Below, in pieces: positions 21,053-30,713 of a stretch of 64,000 bases of DNA. A program made the position numbers and the translations under genes. Position 1 is the first letter of the stretch; each line of letters starts with the position of its first letter. Where the stretch lies: contig OY970194.1 of assembly GCA_963708075.1 (NCBI GenBank), positions 544,001-608,000 of the forward strand, given 5' to 3'. The notes under the pieces were generated by a model, which did not search any database, was not told the DNA's origin, and saw only the letters and a list, made by a program, of their open reading frames with translations. The stretch comes from Sedimentisphaerales bacterium (GTDB lineage Bacteria; Planctomycetota; Phycisphaerae; Sedimentisphaerales; Anaerobacaceae).

Positions 21053-21130
21053 TTAGGTTCTGCAGGAATCCCGCTTGGCCGCGATCACCACAAGAAGCTC
21101 GATGAGGGTAAATGCTCGTCGTCTCTTCAT
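21053..21130 (-). pseudogene. Truncated prepilin-type N-methylation leader (remnant)
   Basis: GGAG RBS then MKRRRAFTLIELLVVIA-AKRDSCRT*; below the ORF track cutoff. Confidence 0.7.
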
Positions 21131-21325
21131 GATCCCGCTCCGGCCGTCAAGGTATCGGAAGAATCCGGCGTTCCCTGCCATCGTCCTTCCCCGTTGACGG
21201 CCCTCGCCATTTTACCATGACGGCAACGGCACGTCTGCCGAAAACCCGGCAATCTCTGTGCATGGTGTGCGACTGATTGCCCAGGGTTGCGGTTCGCTGT
21301 GAGATGTGGTATGCAAGGGGACATC

Positions 21326-21401
21326 TGAAGTGTGAAGTTTGAAGTGTGAGGTGTGAAGTAAGAGGAGCATTCTTCATACTTGACACTTCAAACTTGAAAC
21401 T
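21326..21401. repeat. Inverted array of heptamer tandem repeats
   Basis: 5 x TGAAGTN, spacer, then 4 x CTT(C/G)ANA. Confidence 0.75.
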
Positions 21402-21426
21402 CTCTTGCTATCGAAAGGAGACCTTT

Positions 21427-22506
21427 GTGAGTATCGAACTGAAGAAGAATTGCCGTTATGCCTTGCTCGTGCCCACGAGCATGGGCGTTCGCCTGACCCC
21501 CGACGCCGGCCAGCCGTTTCATTGCAGCCGACGGTTCACCATGCAGGCCACTAGTGCCGAGAGCAACGTGGCGAGTGTATCGTCTTACCTCGGCCTGCCC
21601 GTGAAAATACTGACGACTTTTGTCAAGGGCAGCCCGGTCGCCCGCTTCATCAAGGACGACCTCGCCGGCCGGCACATCGATGTTGAGGGCAAGGAAGTGG
21701 GTCAGGGCGGCCCCTGGGGTTACCGGCACCAGTTCAACCTGGCTGACTGCGGCTTCGGTCCGCGCGGGCCGCGCGTGTCCAACGACCGCGCCGGCGAAAT
21801 CGGCCGGACCCTGAACGTCAAAGACTTCGACCTCGACCGGATCTTCGGCCGCGAGGGAGTCCAGATCGTGCACCTGTCGGGACTCATCGGGGCGCTGTCA
21901 CCCGACACGGGGACATTCTGCCTGGAACTCGCCCGCGCCGCCAAGAAGTACGGCACTCGCATCGCGTTCGATCTCAATTACCGCGCCTCGTTCTGGAAGG
22001 GCCGCGAGAAGGAACTTCGCGCCATCTTCCACGAGATCGCAGGCATCGCCGATATCCTGGTCGGGAACGAGGAGGATTTCCAACTCTCGCTGGGCATTGA
22101 GGGCCCCGAGGCGGGCGGCAAAGGCCTGGGCAACAAAATCGACAGCTTCAAAGCCATGATCGAGCGAGTCCGGCGGGCCTACCCCAACGCCTCGGTCTTC
22201 GCGACCACGCTGCGCGAGGTCGTCAGCGGCAATTGTCACCGGTGGGGCGCCCTTATGGCCGAGGGGAGTAACTGGCACGTCGTCGAGCCGCGGGAAATCG
22301 GAGTGCTCGATCGCATCGGCGGCGGCGATGGCTTCGTCGGCGGTATGCTCTACGCAATCCTGCGCGGCTGGGAGCCCGAGAAATGGGTGCAGTTCGGCTG
22401 GGCGACCGGGGCTCTGGTCGTCACGCTCCTGACCGACTATGCTCAACCGGCCGATGAAGAAGAAATCTGGAGCATCTGGCAGGGCAACGCCCGAGTAAAG
22501 CGATAG
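21427..22506 (+). CDS. PfkB-family sugar kinase (KDG kinase-like)
   Basis: AAGGAG RBS with GTG; FDLNYR; GNEED; DRIGGGDGF. Confidence 0.9.
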   Translation: MSIELKKNCRYALLVPTSMGVRLTPDAGQPFHCSRRFTMQATSAESNVASVSSYLGLPVKILTTFVKGSPVARFIKDDLAGRHIDVEGKEVGQGGPWGYRHQFNLADCGFGPRGPRVSNDRAGEIGRTLNVKDFDLDRIFGREGVQIVHLSGLIGALSPDTGTFCLELARAAKKYGTRIAFDLNYRASFWKGREKELRAIFHEIAGIADILVGNEEDFQLSLGIEGPEAGGKGLGNKIDSFKAMIERVRRAYPNASVFATTLREVVSGNCHRWGALMAEGSNWHVVEPREIGVLDRIGGGDGFVGGMLYAILRGWEPEKWVQFGWATGALVVTLLTDYAQPADEEEIWSIWQGNARVKR

Positions 22507-22578
22507 AGGACGTAAAGGACCTCAGGGACCTAAGGGTTGCCGTGCGCCTTTTAGGTCCCTTTGGTCCTTCAGGTCCCT
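22507..22578. repeat. Inverted array of 9-mer tandem repeats
   Basis: 3 x RGGACSTMA, spacer, then 3 reverse-complement copies. Confidence 0.7.
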
Positions 22579-22599
22579 GCGATCAGGAGGCAGAGACAG

Positions 22600-23505
22600 A
22601 TGATTACCCGCGGGAGCTCATCCAAGCCTGCGCTTCGCTTCTCGCGGCGGGCGGTCCTGAAGGGCTCGGCTGCGATGGCCCTGGGAGCAGCAGCATTTAC
22701 CTTCGCACGCGCCGCGCCGATTGGCTCGGCCCCCAAGGGCAAGGTCATTGACTGTCACGCCCACCTGACCCATCATAGCCGCGCGACTTGGGAGGTTGAC
22801 GACCGCAAACTCATTGAGGCAGCAGACAAGCTGGGGATCGACCAACTCTGCTGCTCGACGCTTACTCCTCGCCGGCCCGCGACCGCCGAGGACTTCCGGG
22901 AATGCAACCAGTGGACGGCCGAGGGAATGCGCCGGTTCTCCGGGCGGGTGCTCGGTTACTGCTACGTCAATCCAGGCTGCGGCCGGGAGGCATTGGAGGA
23001 AATCCGGCGCTGCGTCGAAGATCGCGGCTTCATCGGCATCAAACTCTATAATGAGTACACCTGCACCGAGCCGGTGGTCTTTCCCATCGTTGAGCTGGCG
23101 ATCGAATTACGGGTGGCGATCCTGCACCATGCATCGCACTCGCATTATTTCGTGGAGGACCAGCCGCGTATGTCCGACGGCGGGCACCTTGCGGAGCTGG
23201 CCCGCCGCTACCCGGAGGCTATGCTCATCTGTGCCCACATCTCCGGCGGCGGCGATTGGGAGTGGACGATCAAGGCCTTGCGCAACGCAACCAACGTTAT
23301 GCTCGACACCAGCGGCAGTGTCACGGACGACGGCTCCGTGGATATGGCGGCGGCCGTAGTGGGTGTGGATCGGCTCGTCTTTGGTTGTGACTCGTCCATG
23401 ACGGCGGGCGTGGGCAAGATTCGCGGGGCGGACCTGAGCGCACAGGACAAGGACAAGATCCTGGGCGGAAACATGATGAGGCTTCTGGGAAGGCGGAAAG
23501 CATGA
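22600..23505 (+). CDS. Amidohydrolase family 2 protein with Tat signal
   Basis: SRRAVLK; IDCHAH; GIKLY; ICAH; VFGCD. Confidence 0.9.
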   Translation: MITRGSSSKPALRFSRRAVLKGSAAMALGAAAFTFARAAPIGSAPKGKVIDCHAHLTHHSRATWEVDDRKLIEAADKLGIDQLCCSTLTPRRPATAEDFRECNQWTAEGMRRFSGRVLGYCYVNPGCGREALEEIRRCVEDRGFIGIKLYNEYTCTEPVVFPIVELAIELRVAILHHASHSHYFVEDQPRMSDGGHLAELARRYPEAMLICAHISGGGDWEWTIKALRNATNVMLDTSGSVTDDGSVDMAAAVVGVDRLVFGCDSSMTAGVGKIRGADLSAQDKDKILGGNMMRLLGRRKA

Positions 23506-24278
23506 TTGTTGATGTGAACGCCTATCTCGGCCATTTTGCCTTCCGCCGGCTGCGGCACAACACTGCCGCATCGCTGCTCGCATTGATGGATTCCAAAAAG
23601 ATCGACAAGGCGGTCGTTTCCAGCGCCGGCGCTATCACCTATCGCAATGCCCAGGCCGGCAATGAAGAGGTGGCGGAAGAGGTCCGTAGTCATCGCGACC
23701 GGCTGGTCCCGTTCGCCGTCATCAATCCGTTCTATGCCAGCTGGCAGGATGATCTGAAAGCCTGTCACGAGGAATTCGGCATGACGGGCCTGCGCCTCTA
23801 TCCGAAGTGGCACAACTACAGCCTTTCCAGCCCATGCTGCCGGGACCTGGTGAACGCCGCGACGGAGCGGGGCATGGTCATCTCCATTCCCATCCGTGTG
23901 GAGGACAACCGCCAGCGAAGCTGGCTGCTGAACGTACCCGACGTGCCGCTGGAGGAGATTGTCGAGTTGGTGAAGGCTCACCCGAAAGCGCGTTTCATCC
24001 TGCTGAACGGTCTCGGCTACACGGGGAACCCGCTGGGCCGAAAGAACAACGGCCTACCGTCGAATTATGCCATCGAACTATCCCGCTTGAGTGCCGTGCT
24101 GGCGAACGAGCTTGGCCAACTGATCACAAACCTGGGTGCCGAGCGTGTAATGTTCGGAACAGGGACGCCCTTCAACTACCCCGATCCGGCGCTGGTCAAA
24201 TTGGAAGTGCTGGAAGCCGGCGGCCCGGACAAAGAGAAAATCCGCTGGCAAAACGCAGCAACATGGTTGCGATTGTAG
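23502..24278 (+). CDS. Amidohydrolase-fold protein with degenerate metal site
   Basis: MIVDVNAYLG; GLRLYP; VMFGT; overlaps the previous stop. Confidence 0.85.
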   Translation: MIVDVNAYLGHFAFRRLRHNTAASLLALMDSKKIDKAVVSSAGAITYRNAQAGNEEVAEEVRSHRDRLVPFAVINPFYASWQDDLKACHEEFGMTGLRLYPKWHNYSLSSPCCRDLVNAATERGMVISIPIRVEDNRQRSWLLNVPDVPLEEIVELVKAHPKARFILLNGLGYTGNPLGRKNNGLPSNYAIELSRLSAVLANELGQLITNLGAERVMFGTGTPFNYPDPALVKLEVLEAGGPDKEKIRWQNAATWLRL

Positions 24279-24293
24279 GGCCGAGGATATTAC

Positions 24294-24322
24294 TTGACGC
24301 ACATTCTCAAATGAGTTATATT
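24294..24322 (+). promoter_or_regulatory. sigma70 promoter, probably leaderless transcript
   Basis: TTGACG-N17-TATATT with the ATG 8 nt downstream and no RBS. Confidence 0.7.
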
Positions 24323-24330
24323 ATAACTAT

Positions 24331-24597
24331 ATGGCATATGAGGTGAGAATCCGGAAGAAAGTGGCTCGTGGGCTGGACCGATTGCCCAAGCGCGTGCAGC
24401 AACTGCTGTTCTTGCTGGTAGCGGACTTGCAGGCGGATGGCCCCATTCAAAAGGATTGGCCGAACTTCTCCTCCCTTGGGCTGGATCGCTTCCATTGCCA
24501 TCTGACGTATCGCTATGTGGCATGTTGGCTATGCAGGAAAGGTGAGATTGTGATCGAGGTGTATTATGTTGGCTCTCGTGAAAAAGCCCCATATTGA
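24331..24597 (+). CDS. RelE/HigB-like toxin
   Basis: 88 aa, YEVRIRKKV..LP..YYVGSREKAPY, directly upstream of an HTH gene. Confidence 0.75.
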   Translation: MAYEVRIRKKVARGLDRLPKRVQQLLFLLVADLQADGPIQKDWPNFSSLGLDRFHCHLTYRYVACWLCRKGEIVIEVYYVGSREKAPY

Positions 24598-24961
24598 GTT
24601 GTCGATCCAGGGAGATCAAGTCGAGGAACTTGTCGCTTGGATCCGGAAGAAGTACGAACTGTCTGTTCTCTCTACGGAGGATGTCGAGGTGTCTGTTCCG
24701 GTGGAGGAAACGGAATTCTGGAGGCAAATGGGAAGGAACCGCGTCGGCAACCTTCTCGCCGGCGCACGTCTGAAAGCCGGCCTTACGCAGGGCCAACTGG
24801 CCAAAAAGCTTGGCATCCGACAGAACATGGTCAGTGATTACGAACGAGGCCGGCGGAGCATCTCGCCCGCCATGGTCGCTCGGTTCAGCGATGTTCTACA
24901 CATCAAGAAATCGCATTTGAAGGGTGGTGCGGACAACAAGCAGGCCAGTGGCGAGGGATGA
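24566..24961 (+). CDS. XRE HTH antitoxin (HigA-like)
   Basis: ARLKAGLTQGQLAKKLGIRQNMVSDYERGRR. Confidence 0.85.
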   Translation: MLALVKKPHIELSIQGDQVEELVAWIRKKYELSVLSTEDVEVSVPVEETEFWRQMGRNRVGNLLAGARLKAGLTQGQLAKKLGIRQNMVSDYERGRRSISPAMVARFSDVLHIKKSHLKGGADNKQASGEG

Positions 24962-25042
24962 AGTCGAATGGAAGCATGGAGAAAGAAAGTAGTCTGTCTT
25001 TGGCGCCTTGTGTCGACCGTACAGTGAAAGGAGGAAATCGGC

Positions 25043-25943
25043 ATGGCCATGCCAAGATCATTGCATGGTGATGGATGGTCCCCAAGTACGGCTCGCCAGA
25101 TTTTGCCATTGCTCGTGTCGTACGCTGAAGCCTGTGAATCCGTGACGTATGGCCAACTGAGCCATGAGGTTGTGCGGCGAGGGTGGGGGCATTATGTCAT
25201 GGCGGTGGCTTACCGGCATCCGGCAGGGGCTATCGGGTACGCCTTGGAGGAGACCGCAGACGAGTGGAGAGAACCGATCCCGCCAATCAACGCTCTCATA
25301 GTCAACGATGAGAGCGGTTCTCCCTGGTAAGGGAGTAGATTTCTTTCTGAAGAACTACCTCAGTCACATCAATCGCCCGAGAAGACTCACGGAAGAACAG
25401 AGACAGTCAGTAATTGAGGAAATACACAAGGACATCTTCAATTATACTGGCTGGCGTCGATTGCTTCAGCACTATAGGCTAGATGACCCACCATCCCTTG
25501 AGGAGAAGACTGAAGGTACCCAGATACGCAGAAAACGATACAGTTGGAGTGGAGAGGCGGAGAGCGAAACCCACAAGCGACTGAAGGCCTATGTTTCTAA
25601 ACATCCCGAGATGGTCGAATTGCCAAGGAACGCGGCGCCTGGTCTGACTGAATACGTCTTGCCATCCGCTGACAAGATCGACGTGCTTTTCTCGGACAAA
25701 GGGTGGCGAATTGGAGTCGAAGTGAAGGCGGTTAACTCCAATGACGATGATCTTCGTAGAGGGCTCTTTCAGTGTGTCAAGTACAGAGAACTACTCAGGG
25801 CCGAGCAACGCATAGAAGGGGTTATCCCCCAAGCGAGAGCGCTACTGATTACAGAGCGACATCTCTCAGAAGGTTTACTACGGGAAGCAACGCTTCTTAA
25901 AGTCCCGGTCGTGGAAGTCGCTCCACTGGCATTCTCCACCTGA
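25043..25943 (+). CDS. Putative nuclease: N-terminal winged-helix-like domain plus PD-(D/E)xK domain; one +1 indel near 25318
   Basis: Removing one T gives ..NDESGLPGKGVDFF.. (~299 aa); IDVLF..VEVK and GLFQCVKY motifs. Confidence 0.65.
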
Positions 25944-26143
25944 TCATGTGCAGCAACGTTGCCCATAGCAGATGGGGTTGGTGCATAGGGCAGTCACCGT
26001 ACCGTGCAGCAGACCTTCTGCACTGAAGCAGGGTCAATGAGCACCGGGATAGCCATCCGTTCTCCGTTAGTGTGTAAAGGTCGGCGACGCACCGGGAGCG
26101 CTGAGGCAACCGAGTAATACAAGGAAAGGAGGACCGTTCGGCT

Positions 26144-27109
26144 ATGCGATTCACATTGATGGTTTCTTTGGTTGTGGGGATATGGGTAGCTCCGATGAAC
26201 GGGGCGGAGAACCCGCAGGTCGTCCAGATTTGGCCGGGGCCGGCGCCGGAGGAGAGCGGCAATATCGGCGAGGAGAGGGTCCGCATGTCGCCGAAGCTGG
26301 ACCGTAAGCAGGTTGAGGTGACCGAGTCAACCCGGCTCATTACCAACGTCACCAAGCCGACGCTGACGATTTATCGGCCGGCGAAGGAGAAGGATACCGG
26401 GACGGCGATCCTCATCTGTCCGGGCGGCGGATATTGGGACCTTTATTGGCAGTTGGAAGGCGAAGAAGTGGCGGCGTGGCTGAACTCGATTGGCGTCACC
26501 GGGATCATCCTCAAGTATCGTGTGCCGCGACGGCCTGATGAAGTCAAGGGCGAGCCTGCCCGGCGCCCGCTCCAGGATGCGCAGCGAGCTGTCAGTCTGG
26601 TGCGGAGCAAAGCCGGTCAGTGGAAAATTGATCCGCAGCGGATCGGTATCGTGGGCTTCTCGGCAGGCGGCCATCTGGCGATTGCGACGGCGACGAGCTT
26701 TGAGCAGCGGACCTATAAGCCCATCGATGATGTGGACAAGATCAGTTGCCGGCCTGACTTCGCCATCGCAGCCTATTCGGGTTATCTGAAGGCGAAGGAC
26801 AAAGACGAGATTGCTCCCGGCTTACATATTCCGGCCGGGACGCCTCCGATCTTCCTCGCGCACGGCGGGGCCGATATCATCAGTCCGCCGGAGCACAGCG
26901 TGTTGATGTACCTTGCTTTGAGGAAAGCAGGTATCCCGGCAGAACTGCACATCTATGCCACGGCGGCCCACGATTTCGGTGTCCGCCCAAGCGATCATCC
27001 GTGCTCCACCTGGACAGCGGCGTGTGCCAATTGGCTGCGATATCAGGGTTTTCTCAATTCACCCGCGCAAGCGGCCATTCCGGGGACGGCGGTTCAGCTT
27101 CCTGAATGA
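26144..27109 (+). CDS. Secreted alpha/beta hydrolase (carbohydrate esterase-like)
   Basis: ICPGGGY; GFSAGG; RPDF; HDFG. Confidence 0.9.
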   Translation: MRFTLMVSLVVGIWVAPMNGAENPQVVQIWPGPAPEESGNIGEERVRMSPKLDRKQVEVTESTRLITNVTKPTLTIYRPAKEKDTGTAILICPGGGYWDLYWQLEGEEVAAWLNSIGVTGIILKYRVPRRPDEVKGEPARRPLQDAQRAVSLVRSKAGQWKIDPQRIGIVGFSAGGHLAIATATSFEQRTYKPIDDVDKISCRPDFAIAAYSGYLKAKDKDEIAPGLHIPAGTPPIFLAHGGADIISPPEHSVLMYLALRKAGIPAELHIYATAAHDFGVRPSDHPCSTWTAACANWLRYQGFLNSPAQAAIPGTAVQLPE

Positions 27110-27516
27110 AAGTACATCCGGCCGTTAAGGACCTGATGGATGGCGTCGAGGAGCGTATCGCCGGCTTGCTGCTTGGCTACGAAACCTGATGCGCCTGCCT
27201 GTAAGGCGCGAGGGCCGTAGAGCTGCTCGTCGTGCATGGATAAGATCAGGATGATCATGCCGGGGTACTTCCGCTTGAGCACGTCCGTGAGCGTGATGCC
27301 GTCTACCTCGCCGAGGGAAATGTCGATGATGGCCAGGTCTACAGGCTCTCGATCTACAGCGTCCAGGGCTTGTTTGGCACTGGCGACCGCGTCGCAGACG
27401 TTCAGGTCCGGCTGCTGGCTCAGGAGTTCCACCAATCCGCGTCGCACAACGTAATGATCGTCCACGATGAGGATGTTCTTCTTGCCGACCTGGCTGCCTG
27501 GGCTATACTCGATCAT
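27094..27516 (-). CDS. Stand-alone NarL-type receiver domain protein
   Basis: ILIVDDH, IIDISL, LSMHDE, GFVAK; no HTH. Confidence 0.85.
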   Translation of the reverse strand: MIEYSPGSQVGKKNILIVDDHYVVRRGLVELLSQQPDLNVCDAVASAKQALDAVDREPVDLAIIDISLGEVDGITLTDVLKRKYPGMIILILSMHDEQLYGPRALQAGASGFVAKQQAGDTLLDAIHQVLNGRMYFHSGS

Positions 27517-27668
27517 GTGTTCTGACTCAAACCGCTGTCTGCGGGATAGCTGTCTGTGATCCCCGAAATTCATTGTGCGCTACTGTTGCACCAGTGTAGC
27601 CGCAAAGGACAGCGAGGGGAATCAGGGTCGGTGTGCGATTTCATATCGGCTGGAATACTTATCTGTCT

Positions 27669-27685
27669 ATCGGGGCTTCTCTTAT
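27669..27685. promoter_or_regulatory. Candidate response-regulator operator (imperfect palindrome)
   Basis: Reverse complement ATAAGAGAAGCCCCGAT matches the 30966 site at 13/17. Confidence 0.4.
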
Positions 27686-27777
27686 GCATCCGCCGCGGCT
27701 TGATGAGGGCATTGTCCGGTTCACCTGATGGAGGAGGGCGTACGTTGTTGGGCCTGGCACATTGCTGAGCGGCGGAA

Positions 27778-28467
27778 TCAGTGTTTCATTTCCGAGTTCA
27801 CCCACTCGACCGCAAAGCGAAACAGCTCATTGCCATCCTTGAATCCGAGCTTCTCCTTGATATGGGCCCGGTAGGTTTCGATGGTCTTGACGCTCAGATG
27901 CAGCTTTTCCGCCACATCCCGCGTCTTATGACCTTCGCCGATGAGGCGAAAGACCTCCAACTCGCGATCACTCAGGCATTCAATGGGGGAGGCGTTCTGT
28001 GGGGCGATGCCCGTGGCGAGCTTACTGACCATCTTGGCAGCCATCGAGTCGCTCACGTAGATCTCCCCGGCGAGGACCCGGCGGATGGCCGTGATCACCC
28101 GCTCCGTGGCCTCGTGCTTCATGATGTATCCCTTGGCCCCGGCGCGCAATGCACGTTCCGCGTAGAGCGATTCGTCGTGCATGGAGAGGATCAGGATGGG
28201 CAGGTTCGGATACTGGATCTTCACGTCCTTGATCAAATCCATGCCGCTGGTGTCCTTGAGAGAGATGTCCACGATGATCATATCGGGCTGGACATCCTTG
28301 ATCGCCTGCATGGCCTGGAAGGCATCCTCCGCGTAGCCGCGGACTTCGAGGTCCTTCTCCTGATTGATCAGTTGGGCAAGACCCTGGCGAACGACGGGGT
28401 GGTCGTCCACGATGAGAACGCTGTGTTTCGAGCGTTGGTTAACCTTGGCTGTCGTCTTCGCGGGCAT
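27778..28467 (-). CDS. NarL/LuxR-family response regulator
   Basis: REC domain plus LSDRELEVFRLIGEG..LSVKTIETYR. Confidence 0.95.
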   Translation of the reverse strand: MPAKTTAKVNQRSKHSVLIVDDHPVVRQGLAQLINQEKDLEVRGYAEDAFQAMQAIKDVQPDMIIVDISLKDTSGMDLIKDVKIQYPNLPILILSMHDESLYAERALRAGAKGYIMKHEATERVITAIRRVLAGEIYVSDSMAAKMVSKLATGIAPQNASPIECLSDRELEVFRLIGEGHKTRDVAEKLHLSVKTIETYRAHIKEKLGFKDGNELFRFAVEWVNSEMKH

Positions 28468-28468
28468 G

Positions 28469-30580
28469 CTATTTCTCCTTCCGATCTACTGCGGATGCAA
28501 CGCTGAATGTGCAGGTGACTCTCGTCCCACCTCCGGCTCGCGGCTGCACATCGAGGGCCCCTCCGATCATTTCTGCCCGATAGCTCATAACCTGCAATCC
28601 CATTCCTCTACCTCTTGGAAGCTTGGCGGGGAAATCCCGCCCATCATTCTCAATGACCAAAGCAGCACCATCGTGATCGGCGGATAGCTCCAGCAGAATC
28701 TGTTTCGTGTCGCCGTGGCGAATGGCGTTGGTGACCGCCTCCTGGGCGATGCGGTAGAGGTGTATCGCGGCGGAGGGGTCCTTCACCGGGACAGGATTAT
28801 TGCACTTAAAGGCGCACGCGACGCCAAAGATGTTCTGAGTGGTGGCGGCCAGCGTCTGCAAGGCGGACATCAGGCCCTCTTCGTCCAACGACACAGGGTG
28901 GAGTCCGCGCGATAATTGCCGCGTCTGGTTGATCGCTTCGTTCACAAGCTGAGCAATTTCTTTCGCGTTGGCCGCCTCCTCGATGGACTGACGCTGGAGT
29001 TTCCGTTCGAGGACTTTGCTGATGATGGCGATTCCGGTCAGTTGCTGGCCGAGGCTGTCGTGCAATTCACGGCCGATGCGTCTCTGTTCCCGTTCGCTGA
29101 TTTCGAGGATTTCCTTTTCGAGCCGCCTCCGCTGACCGATCTCCTCGCGCAACTGTTTGTTTGTCTGCGTCAGTTCCGTGGTTCGGGCAACGACCCGTCG
29201 TTCGAGGTCCTCATTGAGCTCCCGAATCTCCTGCTCGACCCGCTTCCTGGCCGTGATGTCCTGAACGACTCCAAGCATGCGGACCGCCTTGCCCCCGGCG
29301 TCTCGCATCACATCGCCCGTTTCCGACACCCAGCGCACCGTGCCATCGGGCCAGACGATCCGATGCTCGATCCTGTAGTCGGCGCCGCCCTCCATGCACG
29401 CGTTCACCGAGTTGACCACGAAATCGCGGTCGTCAGGATGTAAGGATTGCAGGAACGCTTCGTACGTGCCCTCGAACTGACCTTTGGCAAAGCCGAACAT
29501 GGGCTCGATGCGCTCCGACCAGAGGAGCTTGCCCGTGACGATATTCCAATCCCAGCTCCCGATGTCGGCGGCTTTCTGGGCGAGGGCGTAGCGTTCCTCG
29601 CTGGTCTTCAAGGCATTTTGCCTTCGCATCCGCTGGACCGCGAGGGCGTAGAGCTTGGCCATCCGGGTGACCGCGTCGAGCTCCCTGTCGGAGTAGCCCC
29701 GATCCGAATTGGCCAAAGCGATCTGGCCGACGACCTTGTCGCCCACCAGCGCAGGCACGGTGAGGAAGTTGCGCAGAGGAATATGCCCTTCAGGCAGCCC
29801 GGTGGAGGCAGAATGCCGGCTGGGCGTATCCGTGTAGAAGCCCCGGCGTGTATTCATCGCGTAGCCGAAGAGGGCGGGATAGCTGCCATCGGGCCGGAGG
29901 CGAAAAACGATGTTTTGCCTGTTTCCCGGGATGCCGCACTGCTCGGCCACCATACCCGTCAACGTGTGGCCGATCATGTCGCCCGTCTCGGAATCGATGG
30001 ACGAGACGAATCCGTGTTCACTGCCGGTCAACTGCCGGGCCTGTGCAAGAACGATGTCCGCGACCTCCTCGATGGAGAACGAAGGATCGATCAGGGCATC
30101 TGCCAGCTCGGCCAGGGCCTGGTTGACGGCCAGGTCCCACTGACGCTCCTGCATCATGTGCTTGTGTTCCGTGACATCCACACAGTACTCGATGATCTGC
30201 GTCACCTTGCCCGCCCCGTCGAAGACGGGAAATGCGTGGACCTCGATGTTCCTCCGATTGCCTTGCTCATCATGGTGAATATGCTCGACGATGGTTGGCT
30301 TGCCGGTCTGTGTGACGATCCCCATGGGGCAGGGGTGGTCCTCAGAATCGCAGGCCGTGTGGCGACCGTGGGTGAGAGCGTGGCACGTGGCCGCACCAGC
30401 CTCATGCATCTGCCGGGCCGCACGGTTGGCCAGCCGGACACGGCGGTCCGCTACATCGATCACGTAGAATGGGTGTGTCAGGGAATCGAGAATGGTCTGG
30501 AGCAGACCGTCGTTCTGGAAAATGGCGCTCTCATTGCGTGGTGATTGGGGGCAAGACCTCATTGGGTCTGTTCCTTTCAT
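28469..30580 (-). CDS. PAS-GAF-PAS histidine kinase (HisKA_3 type)
   Basis: IGRELHDSLGQ; RIAQEAVTNA; GMGLQVM. Confidence 0.95.
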   Translation of the reverse strand: MKGTDPMRSCPQSPRNESAIFQNDGLLQTILDSLTHPFYVIDVADRRVRLANRAARQMHEAGAATCHALTHGRHTACDSEDHPCPMGIVTQTGKPTIVEHIHHDEQGNRRNIEVHAFPVFDGAGKVTQIIEYCVDVTEHKHMMQERQWDLAVNQALAELADALIDPSFSIEEVADIVLAQARQLTGSEHGFVSSIDSETGDMIGHTLTGMVAEQCGIPGNRQNIVFRLRPDGSYPALFGYAMNTRRGFYTDTPSRHSASTGLPEGHIPLRNFLTVPALVGDKVVGQIALANSDRGYSDRELDAVTRMAKLYALAVQRMRRQNALKTSEERYALAQKAADIGSWDWNIVTGKLLWSERIEPMFGFAKGQFEGTYEAFLQSLHPDDRDFVVNSVNACMEGGADYRIEHRIVWPDGTVRWVSETGDVMRDAGGKAVRMLGVVQDITARKRVEQEIRELNEDLERRVVARTTELTQTNKQLREEIGQRRRLEKEILEISEREQRRIGRELHDSLGQQLTGIAIISKVLERKLQRQSIEEAANAKEIAQLVNEAINQTRQLSRGLHPVSLDEEGLMSALQTLAATTQNIFGVACAFKCNNPVPVKDPSAAIHLYRIAQEAVTNAIRHGDTKQILLELSADHDGAALVIENDGRDFPAKLPRGRGMGLQVMSYRAEMIGGALDVQPRAGGGTRVTCTFSVASAVDRKEK

Positions 30581-30713
30581 TGGCGCCGTTTCCTGGGACC
30601 ATCCTGCTGTTTACTTCCAAGCATTTTCAGCACCTCATCATAGCCGCCGGCCATGCAAAAGCAACAGAATTCACGACCCCTCCGGGGTCGGTGTACGGCT
30701 GCATTTTGCGGCC

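Noticed and set aside
21326..22578. Repeat arrays as CRISPR
   Set aside because: Units are 7-9 nt with no unique spacers, and no cas genes are present.
24280..26140. Prophage or IS boundaries around the TA/nuclease islet
   Set aside because: No integrase, transposase, terminal repeats or target duplication seen.
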